Part shown: positions 39,943-48,798 of the stretch, piece by piece
How the letters are laid out: the number at the start of each line of letters is the position of its first letter
Numbering within the stretch: the stretch's first letter is position 1
Assembly (NCBI GenBank): GCA_021791415.1
Contig: JAJYWQ010000064.1
Span: 91,446-155,445, forward strand
DNA length: 64,000 nt
Source of the DNA: a bacterium
GTDB lineage: Bacteria; Chloroflexota; Dormibacteria; Aeolococcales; Bog-877
Direction: 5' to 3'
The notes under the pieces: generated by a model
What the model saw: only the letters and a program-made list of their open reading frames with translations
Databases searched by the model: none
What the model was told of the DNA's origin: nothing
Translations under genes and position numbers: made by a program

Positions 39943-40182
39943 ATGGCCCAACTGGTTTCGCTACTCAATTCCTGGATTCTCCTGGGACAGGAGCTGATCG
40001 CCAGCCTGGGCACCCTGGCCTTCGTGTGCGCCTTCATCTGGCGGGTGGTCGCCCCCAGCCCTCACAGCGCCCTGGAGGCGCAGCGGTGGCTGGGGCGGAT
40101 CGCCATCGGGACCTTGGGAGTGGAGCTGGCCGGGGTCCTGACCCACGTCCTGCTCTCCGCGGTGCCCCGCGGGTTGGGCTGA
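39943..40182 (+). CDS. Second VirB2/TrbC-like pilin
   Basis: 79 aa helical hairpin with two hydrophobic segments; RBS GAGGA; precedes a VirB6-like gene. Confidence 0.6.
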   Translation: MAQLVSLLNSWILLGQELIASLGTLAFVCAFIWRVVAPSPHSALEAQRWLGRIAIGTLGVELAGVLTHVLLSAVPRGLG

Positions 40183-40194
40183 CCGAAAGCGGCC

Positions 40195-41091
40195 ATGCCC
40201 GGGCCACCCCAGTTCGGCATCAACCCTCTGGGGGTACTGGCCGGGCTCTTCGACGGGATCCTCTCCGAGTTCGTCAGCAGCGCCCGAGGAGCCCTGGACG
40301 CGGCCCTCAAGAGCTACCTCTTCGGCACCTATGACGCCGCCGGGGGACGCGCCCAGGCGCCCTTCACCGGGACGCCGGGCCTGGCCGGCCTCAACCACCT
40401 GCTGGCGGCTGCGGGGGGGGCGCTGCTGCTGGCGGTGCTGCTGTACAGCTCGCTGCGCACGGTGGCGGACCTGGGCGCGGTCCGTCACCAGCTTCAGCAG
40501 GTGCTTCCCCGGTGCCTGGCAGCGGTGGCGCTGGCCACGGTGAGCCTGCCCCTCCTGCAGCAGGTGATCGATCTCAACAATGCCCTCTGTGCCGTGGTGG
40601 TCGGCGGCGCCCAACTCTCCCTGAGCGCCCTCCCCTGGAGCTCTCCGCTCAGCCAGCAGGGGGTCCAGTCCGCGGGGGAGAACCTCTTCCTCCTGCTCTT
40701 CGCCGCGGCCCTCGTGGTGGCCGTGGTGATCCTGGCGCTGAGCTACGTGGTCCGCTACACCCTGCTGGCCGTCCTGTGTGCCGCCGCCCCCCTGGCCGCC
40801 TACTGCACCGTGCTGCCCGAGACCCGGGGATTCGCCCGGCAGTGGGGCAGGCTCCTGGTGGTCTCACTGTTCATGCAGTTCGGCCAGCTCCTCGTGCTGC
40901 GGGTGGCGGTGCAGCTGGCGTTCACCAGGGGGGGCGGGCTGGCCGGAATGCTCTACGCCCTCGCCAGCCTCTACCTCATGCTCCGGGTCCCGGGAGCGCT
41001 CAACGTGGCCACCCACTACGAGTCCAGCGCCGAGGCCGCGGCCCGGAGGTGGAGCCGCGCGGTGCGGCGCCTATCCGTGGGAGAGCTCTGA
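40195..41091 (+). CDS. VirB6/TrbL-like membrane protein
   Basis: YVVRYTLLAVLCAAAPLAAYCTVLPETRGFARQW...Q; IDLNNALC; YLMLRVPG. Confidence 0.78.
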   Translation: MPGPPQFGINPLGVLAGLFDGILSEFVSSARGALDAALKSYLFGTYDAAGGRAQAPFTGTPGLAGLNHLLAAAGGALLLAVLLYSSLRTVADLGAVRHQLQQVLPRCLAAVALATVSLPLLQQVIDLNNALCAVVVGGAQLSLSALPWSSPLSQQGVQSAGENLFLLLFAAALVVAVVILALSYVVRYTLLAVLCAAAPLAAYCTVLPETRGFARQWGRLLVVSLFMQFGQLLVLRVAVQLAFTRGGGLAGMLYALASLYLMLRVPGALNVATHYESSAEAAARRWSRAVRRLSVGEL

Positions 41092-41098
41092 GCCCAGG

Positions 41099-41701
41099 TC
41101 AGAGGCTGACGTGGACCTCGCGCAGCCGAAGGCCGAGGGCCTGCTCCAGCCGCCCAAACACCGGATGCGGCCGAAGGCTGGGGCGGTGGTCCAGGTCGCC
41201 GAAGGTGATCTCCATCCGGGCGCGGGGAAGCTCCGGGGTGAAGCTGACCGCCAGCAGCGACACCGATCCGCCGCAGGTCGGGCAGCTGGCGGTGTGGGGG
41301 TCGGGGTGGGGGAAGCGGAGCGAGAAGAGGTCCAGATCGCTCCCGCAGCTCGGACAGGGCGCCCGGTAGGAGCGCAGGGGAACCGAGTCGAAGCCCTCGG
41401 GCCCGGGGTCCGGATAGAAGCGGAGAATCCCCACATCCACCCGGACCTCCCCACGGGGCGGTGCGCCGACAAGGGGGAGCCCGCCGGGCCGGGCTCCCAG
41501 CGCACCCGCGAACTCGGGCCCCGGCAAGAGCGAACCTTCCGGGCCCGGGGCGGCGATCCCCGCCTGCAAAAGCACCTTCCGGGCCCGGGCTTCCGCGCCC
41601 GGCGGGGGCGGCTGGTCCGGGTCCTGGGGCAGCAGGTGCAACCAGCTGCGGTGGGGGTGGGGCCCCAGCCCGCCATCCGGGCGTGGAGCGGCGACAGGCA
41701 C
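41099..41701 (-). CDS. Hypothetical zinc-ribbon protein
   Basis: CPSCG and CPTCGG; TAACAT 6 nt upstream of the GTG. Confidence 0.6.
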   Translation of the reverse strand: MPVAAPRPDGGLGPHPHRSWLHLLPQDPDQPPPPGAEARARKVLLQAGIAAPGPEGSLLPGPEFAGALGARPGGLPLVGAPPRGEVRVDVGILRFYPDPGPEGFDSVPLRSYRAPCPSCGSDLDLFSLRFPHPDPHTASCPTCGGSVSLLAVSFTPELPRARMEITFGDLDHRPSLRPHPVFGRLEQALGLRLREVHVSL

Positions 41702-41746
41702 CTACCGATGTTAGCCCGGACGCCGCCCGGCGCCTCGGGGGACTAA

Positions 41747-42070
41747 GTGGGCGTGGCTCTGCGAAGACTCAAGTCGGGGCTGGCGCTGGTGGGGGCGTGT
41801 GCGGCGCTGGCGGTCGTGCTCCCACCGCTGGCAGGCCTGCTCAACCTCGTGGCCGGGGCGACGCTGCTGCTTCTGGCCGGTTATGGAGCCTACCGGGTCT
41901 GGGCCTTCCTGGAGGCCGTGGTGGAGGCGTCCCGGCGTCCGGTCACTGTGCGGCGCAACCTCAAGGAGTCCGCCGACCCTCCACCTCCCGGCCGGCGCCG
42001 CGAGCCCAGGGAGCGCGAGCTCAGGGTTCGGCAGGTCGAGCGGGCTCCCCAGCCGGAGCGGACTCGATGA
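41747..42070 (+). CDS. Small membrane protein
   Basis: Two TMs followed by a basic tail. Confidence 0.5.
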   Translation: MGVALRRLKSGLALVGACAALAVVLPPLAGLLNLVAGATLLLLAGYGAYRVWAFLEAVVEASRRPVTVRRNLKESADPPPPGRRREPRERELRVRQVERAPQPERTR

Positions 42071-42830
42071 GCCGCTGCCGGAGCTGCAGGTAGAGCCTCT
42101 CCAGGAGGTCGAGGGGGTCCCGATCCAGGGGCCCCGGCCATACCACCCCGGGCCGACGCTCCAGGGCTCGGACCAGCTCCAGGGAGACCTCCTGGCGCCG
42201 CCGGGGGGAGAGCTCCGGCCGGGCCAGCAGATCCTCGAGCAGGCTTAGCTCGCGCCGTCCGCAGGCCTCCGCGCCGGAGATGGGCGGCCCAGGGTCGGTG
42301 CGGCGCAACCTCGGAATGGGACCGGCGCCGAGCCCCCGCTCCAGGCGGCGAAGTCCGCGGTCGTGGACCACGATGGTTCCGGCCGCCAGGTCGCCCAGCC
42401 GCCGGGGGCGGGAGCCGGCGAACATCGCCACCACCCCAATCCCGTACAGGAAGGGGAGGAAGTCCAGGATCCGGATCAGGTTGCGCACCAGCGAGTCGGC
42501 GGCTGTCAGGGGAGCACCGGAGCGGTCCACCACCCGGAGTCCGAAGATGGCCTTTCCCAGCGAGCGGCCCCGGGTCGCCACCTCCCAGAGAACGTAGTAG
42601 GCCACCGGTACCACCGAGGCCACGACCACCAGGATGATGAGGGCGCCGCCCGCCGGCGCGGCGTTCAGGGTGTACCCGGAGACCGCGACCGCACCGGCCA
42701 GGAAGGCGAGGATGATCAGCAGGATGACCACGGTGTCGACCACCGCCGCCAGCCCGCGCGAGCCGATCCCGGCCACCGGCTGGGAGACGGTGACGCTCTC
42801 CGGGGTGCGGTACTCGAACCGTTGCAGCAC
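42021..42830 (-). CDS. RDD family protein
   Basis: TPESV, AGIGSRGLAAVVD, GRSLGK, VRNLIRILD, RLGDLAAGT. Confidence 0.9.
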   Translation of the reverse strand: MLQRFEYRTPESVTVSQPVAGIGSRGLAAVVDTVVILLIILAFLAGAVAVSGYTLNAAPAGGALIILVVVASVVPVAYYVLWEVATRGRSLGKAIFGLRVVDRSGAPLTAADSLVRNLIRILDFLPFLYGIGVVAMFAGSRPRRLGDLAAGTIVVHDRGLRRLERGLGAGPIPRLRRTDPGPPISGAEACGRRELSLLEDLLARPELSPRRRQEVSLELVRALERRPGVVWPGPLDRDPLDLLERLYLQLRQRLIESAPAGEPARPAEP

Positions 42831-42872
42831 AGCTGGCGGGCATCGTATCGCCGGGTGGGGAAGATCGGGCCG

Positions 42873-43859
42873 GTGATCAACCAGGAGGAGTTCCGCCGCC
42901 TCGGGGCCCCGCGCTGGGAGGAGCTGATCGGGCTCGCCCGCCGGCTGGGGGCGAGGCGCCTTGGGGGCCGGTCGGCGGCTGAGGTGGACCAGCTTTCTTC
43001 GCTGGTCCAGCGGCTGAGCTCCGACCTGGCGCTGGCCCGGCGCGACTACCCGGACTCCGAGCTGGTCTCCGAGCTGGAGCGGCTGCTGGCCACCGCCCAG
43101 CCGGTGCTCTACCGCCAGCCCCGGGGTGGACTCCGGCAGCTGCCTGCCTTCTTCGCCGTGGGCCTGCCACGGCTCTTCCGGGAGCTCGGCGGATATGTGG
43201 CGGTGGCCGGGGGATGCCTGGTGGCGGGCGTCGCGGCGGGATGGGCCGCTGTCGGCCTGCGACCCGACCTCACCGGGCTGCTCCCCGCCGGCTACCAGGC
43301 CAGCCTGGCCGCCCACCACCTGGGAAACCCCGCGGCCGTGGGTGGGCAGCTGGGCTCTCAGCTCTCCGCCTTCATCATCCAGAACAACGTCCGAGTGGCG
43401 GCGCTGGCCTGTGTCCTGGGGCTGCTCCTGGGGGTGCCCACAGTGGCCCTCTTGCTGGCCAACGGCTTTCAGCTGGGGGTTCTGGCCAGCGCCAGCCACG
43501 CCGCCGGCCTCGACCTCCAGTTCTGGTCCCTCATCGTCCCCCACGGAGTCATCGAACTGACGGTCATCTGCACCGCCGCCGGAGCTGGGCTGCGCCTCGG
43601 GGACGCGGTGCTCCGCCCGGGCCTGCGCAGCCGGGAGGAGGCTCTGGCGCAGGCGGCGCGGCCGGCGGTGGAACTCGCCCTGGGGGCGGCTTGCCTTCTC
43701 GTGATTGCCGGCCTCATCGAGGGATTCGTCACTCCCTCGGCGCTGCCCGACGCCGCCAAGTTGGCCGTGGGGGCCGCAACCGGGCTGGCCCTCTATTCCT
43801 GGCTCCTGCTGGCCGGAAGGCGTCGAGTCCCGGCGAGGGCGATCTCGGGCAACTGCTAG
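42873..43859 (+). CDS. SpoIIM/DUF95 family membrane protein
   Basis: IIQNNVRVA, IVPHGVIELT, AGLIEGFVTP. Confidence 0.9.
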   Translation: MINQEEFRRLGAPRWEELIGLARRLGARRLGGRSAAEVDQLSSLVQRLSSDLALARRDYPDSELVSELERLLATAQPVLYRQPRGGLRQLPAFFAVGLPRLFRELGGYVAVAGGCLVAGVAAGWAAVGLRPDLTGLLPAGYQASLAAHHLGNPAAVGGQLGSQLSAFIIQNNVRVAALACVLGLLLGVPTVALLLANGFQLGVLASASHAAGLDLQFWSLIVPHGVIELTVICTAAGAGLRLGDAVLRPGLRSREEALAQAARPAVELALGAACLLVIAGLIEGFVTPSALPDAAKLAVGAATGLALYSWLLLAGRRRVPARAISGNC

Positions 43860-43868
43860 GCTTGAGCC

Positions 43869-44750
43869 GTGGAGGTGGTCAAGATCAGGCCCCGCGGCTA
43901 CTGCCACGGTGTGGTGGAGGCGATCCGGGCCCTGCGCCAAACCGCGGCCGCCCATCCCGGCGAGCCGGTGGCCATGCTGGGTCACCTGGTGCACAACGAG
44001 CACGTGACCCGGGAGTTCGCCGACCTGGGGGTGCGGCTGGTGGACGCCCCCTCGCGGCTGGAGGCGCTGGACCTGGTCGACAGCGGAACGGTGGTGCTCA
44101 CCGCCCACGGCGTCTCGCCCGCGGTGCGGGAGAGGGCGCTGGCCAAGGGGCTCAACGTGGTGGACGCGACCTGCACCGACGTCATCAGGACCCACGGGCT
44201 GGTCCGGGACCTCTGCCGGAAGGGGTACACCGTGGTGTACATCGGTCGCCGGGGGCACCCCGAGCCCGAGGGGGTTCTGGGCGAGGCCCCGGATCAGATC
44301 CACCTGGTGGAGAGCGTCGAGGACGTCGACCGGCTGGAACCCGCCCCTGGCCCGCTGGCGGTGACCACCCAGACCACCCTCTCGATGTGGGACACCAGCG
44401 CCATCATCGACCGGCTGCGGGAGCGGTTCCCGGAGATCGAGGTCCACAACGAGATCTGCCTCGCCACCCAGGAGCGGCAGCAGGCGGCTGTGGAGCAGGC
44501 CGCGTCCTGCGACCTCGTGGTGGTGGTGGGAAGCGCTAGGAGCAGCAACACCCAGCGGCTGGTGCAGGTGGTGAGGGAGCTAGCCAACCGACCGGCGTAC
44601 CTGGTGGACACCGCCGAAGACCTTCGCCCCGAGTGGTTCCAGGGCGTGCAGCGGGTGGGAGTGACATCCGGGGCCTCCACCCCCTCCCAGATCACCCGGG
44701 AGGTGATCGCCAGGCTCGAGCAGCTGCAGCCGGCGGCGGTGGCGGGCTAG
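43869..44750 (+). CDS. ispH: 4-hydroxy-3-methylbut-2-enyl diphosphate reductase
   Basis: PRGYCHGV, VDATC, ICLATQERQ, SSNT, TSGASTP. Confidence 0.96.
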   Translation: MEVVKIRPRGYCHGVVEAIRALRQTAAAHPGEPVAMLGHLVHNEHVTREFADLGVRLVDAPSRLEALDLVDSGTVVLTAHGVSPAVRERALAKGLNVVDATCTDVIRTHGLVRDLCRKGYTVVYIGRRGHPEPEGVLGEAPDQIHLVESVEDVDRLEPAPGPLAVTTQTTLSMWDTSAIIDRLRERFPEIEVHNEICLATQERQQAAVEQAASCDLVVVVGSARSSNTQRLVQVVRELANRPAYLVDTAEDLRPEWFQGVQRVGVTSGASTPSQITREVIARLEQLQPAAVAG

Positions 44751-44751
44751 C

Positions 44752-46050
44752 TCAAATCGCTCCCCTGGCCTTGAGGTCCAGGTAGCGGTCGATCAGCGCC
44801 GGGCCAAGCCCGTCCGCTCCACTGTCAACCGTGGGGACCCGCAGGGCCACGAGGCGGTCCAGCGCCAGCTGCCGCTCCTCCAGGAGCCTCAGGGCAGCGG
44901 CCCTCCGGTACACGGCGCGGGCGTCCTCTGGGATCTGGGTCTGCTCACGGTCCAGGACCGGGTCCCGCTGGGTGACCACCAGGGGGAGGTGCCGGGGCCT
45001 CAGGCGGCCCACCGCGGCCGCCAGCCGGGACGCCATGTCAGGGTCCGAGAGGTCGGTGAAGCTCACCACCAGGGCGCGGGGCCCCTGCCGCCGGCGGAGC
45101 TCCAGGGCGGCGAGGCTCCAGTCCGGGTCCACCAGCTCCGGGCGGAGCCGCGCCAGCCCCTCCTGGAGGCGGCGGTAGTGAGCCCGGCCGGCTCGAGGGG
45201 GAACCACGGGAGAGGGGGCCGAAGCCACGGACAGCGCCCCCACCCGGTCGCCCCTGGAGAGGGCCACCCAGGCCAGCAGGAGGGCCGACGAGAGGGCCAC
45301 GTCCAGCTTGCTCACCTCGCCGTCGCCGGAGGCCATCAGGCGCCCGCAGTCCAGGACCAGCCAGATGGGACGCGACCGCTCGGGCTCGTACTGGCTGGTC
45401 ATGGGACGACCCAGCCGGGCGGTGGCGCGCCAGTTCACCCGCCGGGGGTCGTCCCCCACCACGTAGTCGCGGATTGCCGCGAACTCGGTCCCCTCGCCGT
45501 AGCGGTGCCAGCCCCGGTTCCCCAAGGGCTCCGACCCCGAGCGGCGGGCCCGGCCTTCCCACCTCCCCACCGCGTGCAGCGCCGGCAGTACGGAGACCTC
45601 GGTGGAGAGGGGCACGGCACGCTGGCGGCGCCACAGACCCAGGGGCCCGGGCGCCCTGATCGCCACCCGCCCGAATCGCACAGCTCCCCTCCGGCGTGGG
45701 CGGCAGGTGTAGCGCGCGACCCCCTCCCCGCCGGCGGGCACCAGGAGCTCCAGCACCCGCGGCTCGGCCACCAGGTCGGGCTCGGTCTCGTCCCGGCAAA
45801 GCACCCGGACCGGCCGGCGACTCTCGCAGCGGATGCGCAGCTCGACCGGGTTGGGCTCAGCCAGGGCCAGGGCAGGCGCGAGACGCCGGTCGACGGTCCA
45901 GCGGTGGGGGGCGACAGACCAGTCCAGGAACGCCACCGCCGCCAGTCCCGCCAGCCAGGCTCCTCCCAGGACCGTGAGGGGCCAGAGGGCGGTGCCGGCC
46001 AGGAGCAGGCCCACTCCGGCCACCCCCAGAAAGAAGGCTCGTGGGGTCAC
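44752..46050 (-). CDS. DUF58 (vWA-like) MoxR partner
   Basis: GTEFAAIRDYVVGDDPRRVNWRATAR, LDCGRLM. Confidence 0.9.
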   Translation of the reverse strand: MTPRAFFLGVAGVGLLLAGTALWPLTVLGGAWLAGLAAVAFLDWSVAPHRWTVDRRLAPALALAEPNPVELRIRCESRRPVRVLCRDETEPDLVAEPRVLELLVPAGGEGVARYTCRPRRRGAVRFGRVAIRAPGPLGLWRRQRAVPLSTEVSVLPALHAVGRWEGRARRSGSEPLGNRGWHRYGEGTEFAAIRDYVVGDDPRRVNWRATARLGRPMTSQYEPERSRPIWLVLDCGRLMASGDGEVSKLDVALSSALLLAWVALSRGDRVGALSVASAPSPVVPPRAGRAHYRRLQEGLARLRPELVDPDWSLAALELRRRQGPRALVVSFTDLSDPDMASRLAAAVGRLRPRHLPLVVTQRDPVLDREQTQIPEDARAVYRRAAALRLLEERQLALDRLVALRVPTVDSGADGLGPALIDRYLDLKARGAI

Positions 46051-46052
46051 GG

Positions 46053-47006
46053 TCAGCGGGGGACGGCCACCCGGGCCAGAACCCTCCCCACGGCGGAGGC
46101 CTCGTCCAGCCCCTGCATCTCGGCCTCGGGGCGGAGCTGGAGCCGGTGGCGGAGCACCGGCATGCAGAGCTCCTTCACATCCTCGGGGGTGACGAACTGG
46201 CGGCCAGAGGCGGCCGCCCGGGCCTTTCCCAGCCGGACCAGCGCCACCGTGGCCCGGGAGCTGGCCCCGAAGGCCAGTTCGGGCGCCTCCCGGGAGGCCG
46301 CCACGATGGAGCTGATGTAGCGGCGCACCTCCTCGGAGCAGCTGACCCCGGCCACCTCGCGGCGGAGCTCCAGAAGCACCTCCGGCCCTGCCGGGGGCTG
46401 CCCGGCGAGGATCTCGTCCAACCGGTTGGCGTCGAAGCCCTGGTCCACCCGGCGGGCCAGCTCCAGCTCCCCCTCGACGCCCAGCGCCGGCATCGCCACC
46501 TTGACCATGAAGCGGTCCAGCTCCGCCTCTGGCAGGGGGAAGGTGCCCTCCAGCTCGATGGGGTTCTGGGTGGCCAGGACCATGAAGCGATCGCCGAGCT
46601 GGTGGGATCGGCCGTCCAGCGTCACCTGGCGCTCCTCCATGGCCTCCAGGAGCGCCGCCTGGGTCTTGGCCGGGCTGCGGTTGATCTCGTCGGCGAGGAG
46701 CACGTCGGTGAATACCGGGCCGGGTCGGACCTCGAAACGGGCGACCCGCTGGTCGTAAACCACGCTGCCGACGATGTCGGCCGGAAGCAGGTCGGGGGTG
46801 AACTGGACCCGGCCGAATTTGGCGCCGGTGAGGCGGGCCAGGGTCCGCGCCATGAGGGTCTTGGCGGTGCCGGGAAGCCCTTCCAGGAGCACGTGTCCCC
46901 CCACCACCATGGTGAGGAGGCTGATGCGCAGGGGGTCCATGGAGCCCACCAGGACGGCCGCCGCCGCCTGCTCCACCTCCGCCAGGGCCTCAGCCGTTCT
47001 GGTCAT
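46053..47006 (-). CDS. MoxR-family AAA+ ATPase
   Basis: EGLPGTAKT, FTPDLLPAD, LADEINRSPAKTQAALLEAM, ATQNPIE. Confidence 0.95.
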   Translation of the reverse strand: MTRTAEALAEVEQAAAAVLVGSMDPLRISLLTMVVGGHVLLEGLPGTAKTLMARTLARLTGAKFGRVQFTPDLLPADIVGSVVYDQRVARFEVRPGPVFTDVLLADEINRSPAKTQAALLEAMEERQVTLDGRSHQLGDRFMVLATQNPIELEGTFPLPEAELDRFMVKVAMPALGVEGELELARRVDQGFDANRLDEILAGQPPAGPEVLLELRREVAGVSCSEEVRRYISSIVAASREAPELAFGASSRATVALVRLGKARAAASGRQFVTPEDVKELCMPVLRHRLQLRPEAEMQGLDEASAVGRVLARVAVPR

Positions 47007-47007
47007 C

Positions 47008-48138
47008 TCACCTCCCTCTCACCGGGCCCGTCCCGCACAGCTCCAGCGCCGCCCTGGTGGACCTCTCCGCCAGCCCCACCAGTGTGGGGCCGTCAGTCCC
47101 CTCCCGCGAGGCGACCTCCAGCGCCCTGAGCAGCTCTGGCGCGGAAACTCGGCCGTCCGCCCCCGGGCCCGCCGGGGAGTTGGGGCCGGTGGCGATGGCG
47201 GCCGCCAGCTCCGACCGGTAGCGCTCGGCGATCGCCCGGCGGTCCCCGATCCGCGCGTACAGGCTGGCCACGGCCTCCAGGTGGTCGTCGGTACCCCGCC
47301 GGGCCAGAAGCTGGGCCGCCGGAAGCGGGCGGCCCAGCCGCCGCCCGGAGGACGCCAGGAACAGCAGGCAGAGGGCGGCCAGCACCAGGGCGGAGGCGCC
47401 CAGGGTGGTGCCCCAGAGGAGGGCCGCGGTGCCGTCCCCCAGCTGGTATCCGTGGTGGATCTCGTCGAAGAGAACGGTCCTGTGCCCAGCCAGGCCCAGG
47501 ACCCGCGCGGCGAAGAGGCCGTCCTGGGCCTGGCGGAGGCCGAGGTTGGAGAACGGATACGCCGAGTTCAGAACTATCGCCTCACCCTTCCCCAGGGTGA
47601 CCACCTCGGCCGCGGGGTGTGGGCCCCCGCCAAGGAGTGGGAGCGCGGCCGGGCTGGAGGCCTCATACCCCGGCCCGGCACCCCCCTCAACCAGCAGCGG
47701 GCCGGTTCCCCCGAGGGGAAGGCGCTCTCTCAGGGCTCCCGCGGGAAGATGGCCCGTGGCCGCCAGCCCAAGCAGGGAGAGCAAGGGGCGCGTCACCGGG
47801 GTCGCGCCCCCAGCCAGGACCAGCCTCCCGCCTGCGCGGACGAAGGCCCAGATGGCCTGCGCGGCCGAGCGGGAGAACGGCACCGTGGGCTGGTACTCGA
47901 CCAGGGTCGCTCCCCCCCGCAGCGCGGCGGGCAGGTCGGAGCCGGTGACCCGCTCCGGCCGGGTGCCCAGGCCCAGGGAGAGGTGGTAAAGGGCCCAGCT
48001 CCCCCCGGTCCCCGTGGACCAGCTGCTGGGGTTGGCGTTGTCGGGGGCAGGTGCCGGCGCCAGGGCGACGGCTGCGACGCCCCCCAACACCACCAGGGCC
48101 AGGATCGCCAGGTAGGGGCGGACCGCCACCCGGGTCAC
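47008..48138 (-). CDS. DUF4350 domain protein
   Basis: N-terminal TM, VLFDEIHHG, RRLGRPL; position in the MoxR cluster. Confidence 0.78.
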   Translation of the reverse strand: MTRVAVRPYLAILALVVLGGVAAVALAPAPAPDNANPSSWSTGTGGSWALYHLSLGLGTRPERVTGSDLPAALRGGATLVEYQPTVPFSRSAAQAIWAFVRAGGRLVLAGGATPVTRPLLSLLGLAATGHLPAGALRERLPLGGTGPLLVEGGAGPGYEASSPAALPLLGGGPHPAAEVVTLGKGEAIVLNSAYPFSNLGLRQAQDGLFAARVLGLAGHRTVLFDEIHHGYQLGDGTAALLWGTTLGASALVLAALCLLFLASSGRRLGRPLPAAQLLARRGTDDHLEAVASLYARIGDRRAIAERYRSELAAAIATGPNSPAGPGADGRVSAPELLRALEVASREGTDGPTLVGLAERSTRAALELCGTGPVRGR

Positions 48139-48788
48139 GCCAGCATCCTCGCCGTGCGCCGGCACGACCGGGTGAACTCCCCACAGCCCGCGGGGTCGAT
48201 GGGCTGGCCCCCGTACACGACCCGGTCGAAGTCCGAGACCAGGGGCAATAGGCTCTCCCGGAGCCCTGAGAGGACGGCCGCAGCCCGGAGCAGCTCGGAG
48301 TTGGTCCAGCTGGGCTCAAAGTGGAGAGCTGCCGATGCCGTCCCTGCCGCCACCACCCCCTGGAAGGCGGCCCGGACCGCCTCTCGCAGCCGCCCCTCCC
48401 GAGCCAGCTGTTCGCTCAGTTGGAAGAGGGCCTCCGGGGAGGGGCCCTGGCCCGATCGCTGGGGCAGCTGAGCCCCCTGGCCGGGGGGAGGGGGCAGCTC
48501 CCCCCGCGGCCGGCGCAGGACCAGCAGGGTCCCCGCCGCCAGGGCGGCCAGGAGGAGGGAGCCGAGAGCGATCCAGAGGTGGGGGCCCCCGGCCCGGAAG
48601 ATGGCGCCCAGGAGTTGTAGGAGCGCCTGGCCCAACTGGCCCAGGAGGGAGCTGCTGGCGGGATGATGCGTGGTGAGCCCACTCAGCTGGGGCTCCCGGT
48701 ACAGCCTCGCCAACTGGGCCCCCACCTCGACCGGGGACGGCTGCCCGGGGATCCGCGCGACGGGGCTCACGACTGGCCCACCCGGCAT
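48135..48788 (-). CDS. DUF4129 domain protein
   Basis: TM, GRLREAVR, TNSELL, FDRVVYGG. Confidence 0.78.
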   Translation of the reverse strand: MPGGPVVSPVARIPGQPSPVEVGAQLARLYREPQLSGLTTHHPASSSLLGQLGQALLQLLGAIFRAGGPHLWIALGSLLLAALAAGTLLVLRRPRGELPPPPGQGAQLPQRSGQGPSPEALFQLSEQLAREGRLREAVRAAFQGVVAAGTASAALHFEPSWTNSELLRAAAVLSGLRESLLPLVSDFDRVVYGGQPIDPAGCGEFTRSCRRTARMLA

Positions 48789-48798
48789 CGCCCCGCGC

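Noticed and set aside
42873..43859. SpoIIM as evidence of sporulation
   Set aside because: In this context it is the DUF95 member of the MoxR/RDD cluster, which occurs in many non-sporulating bacteria.
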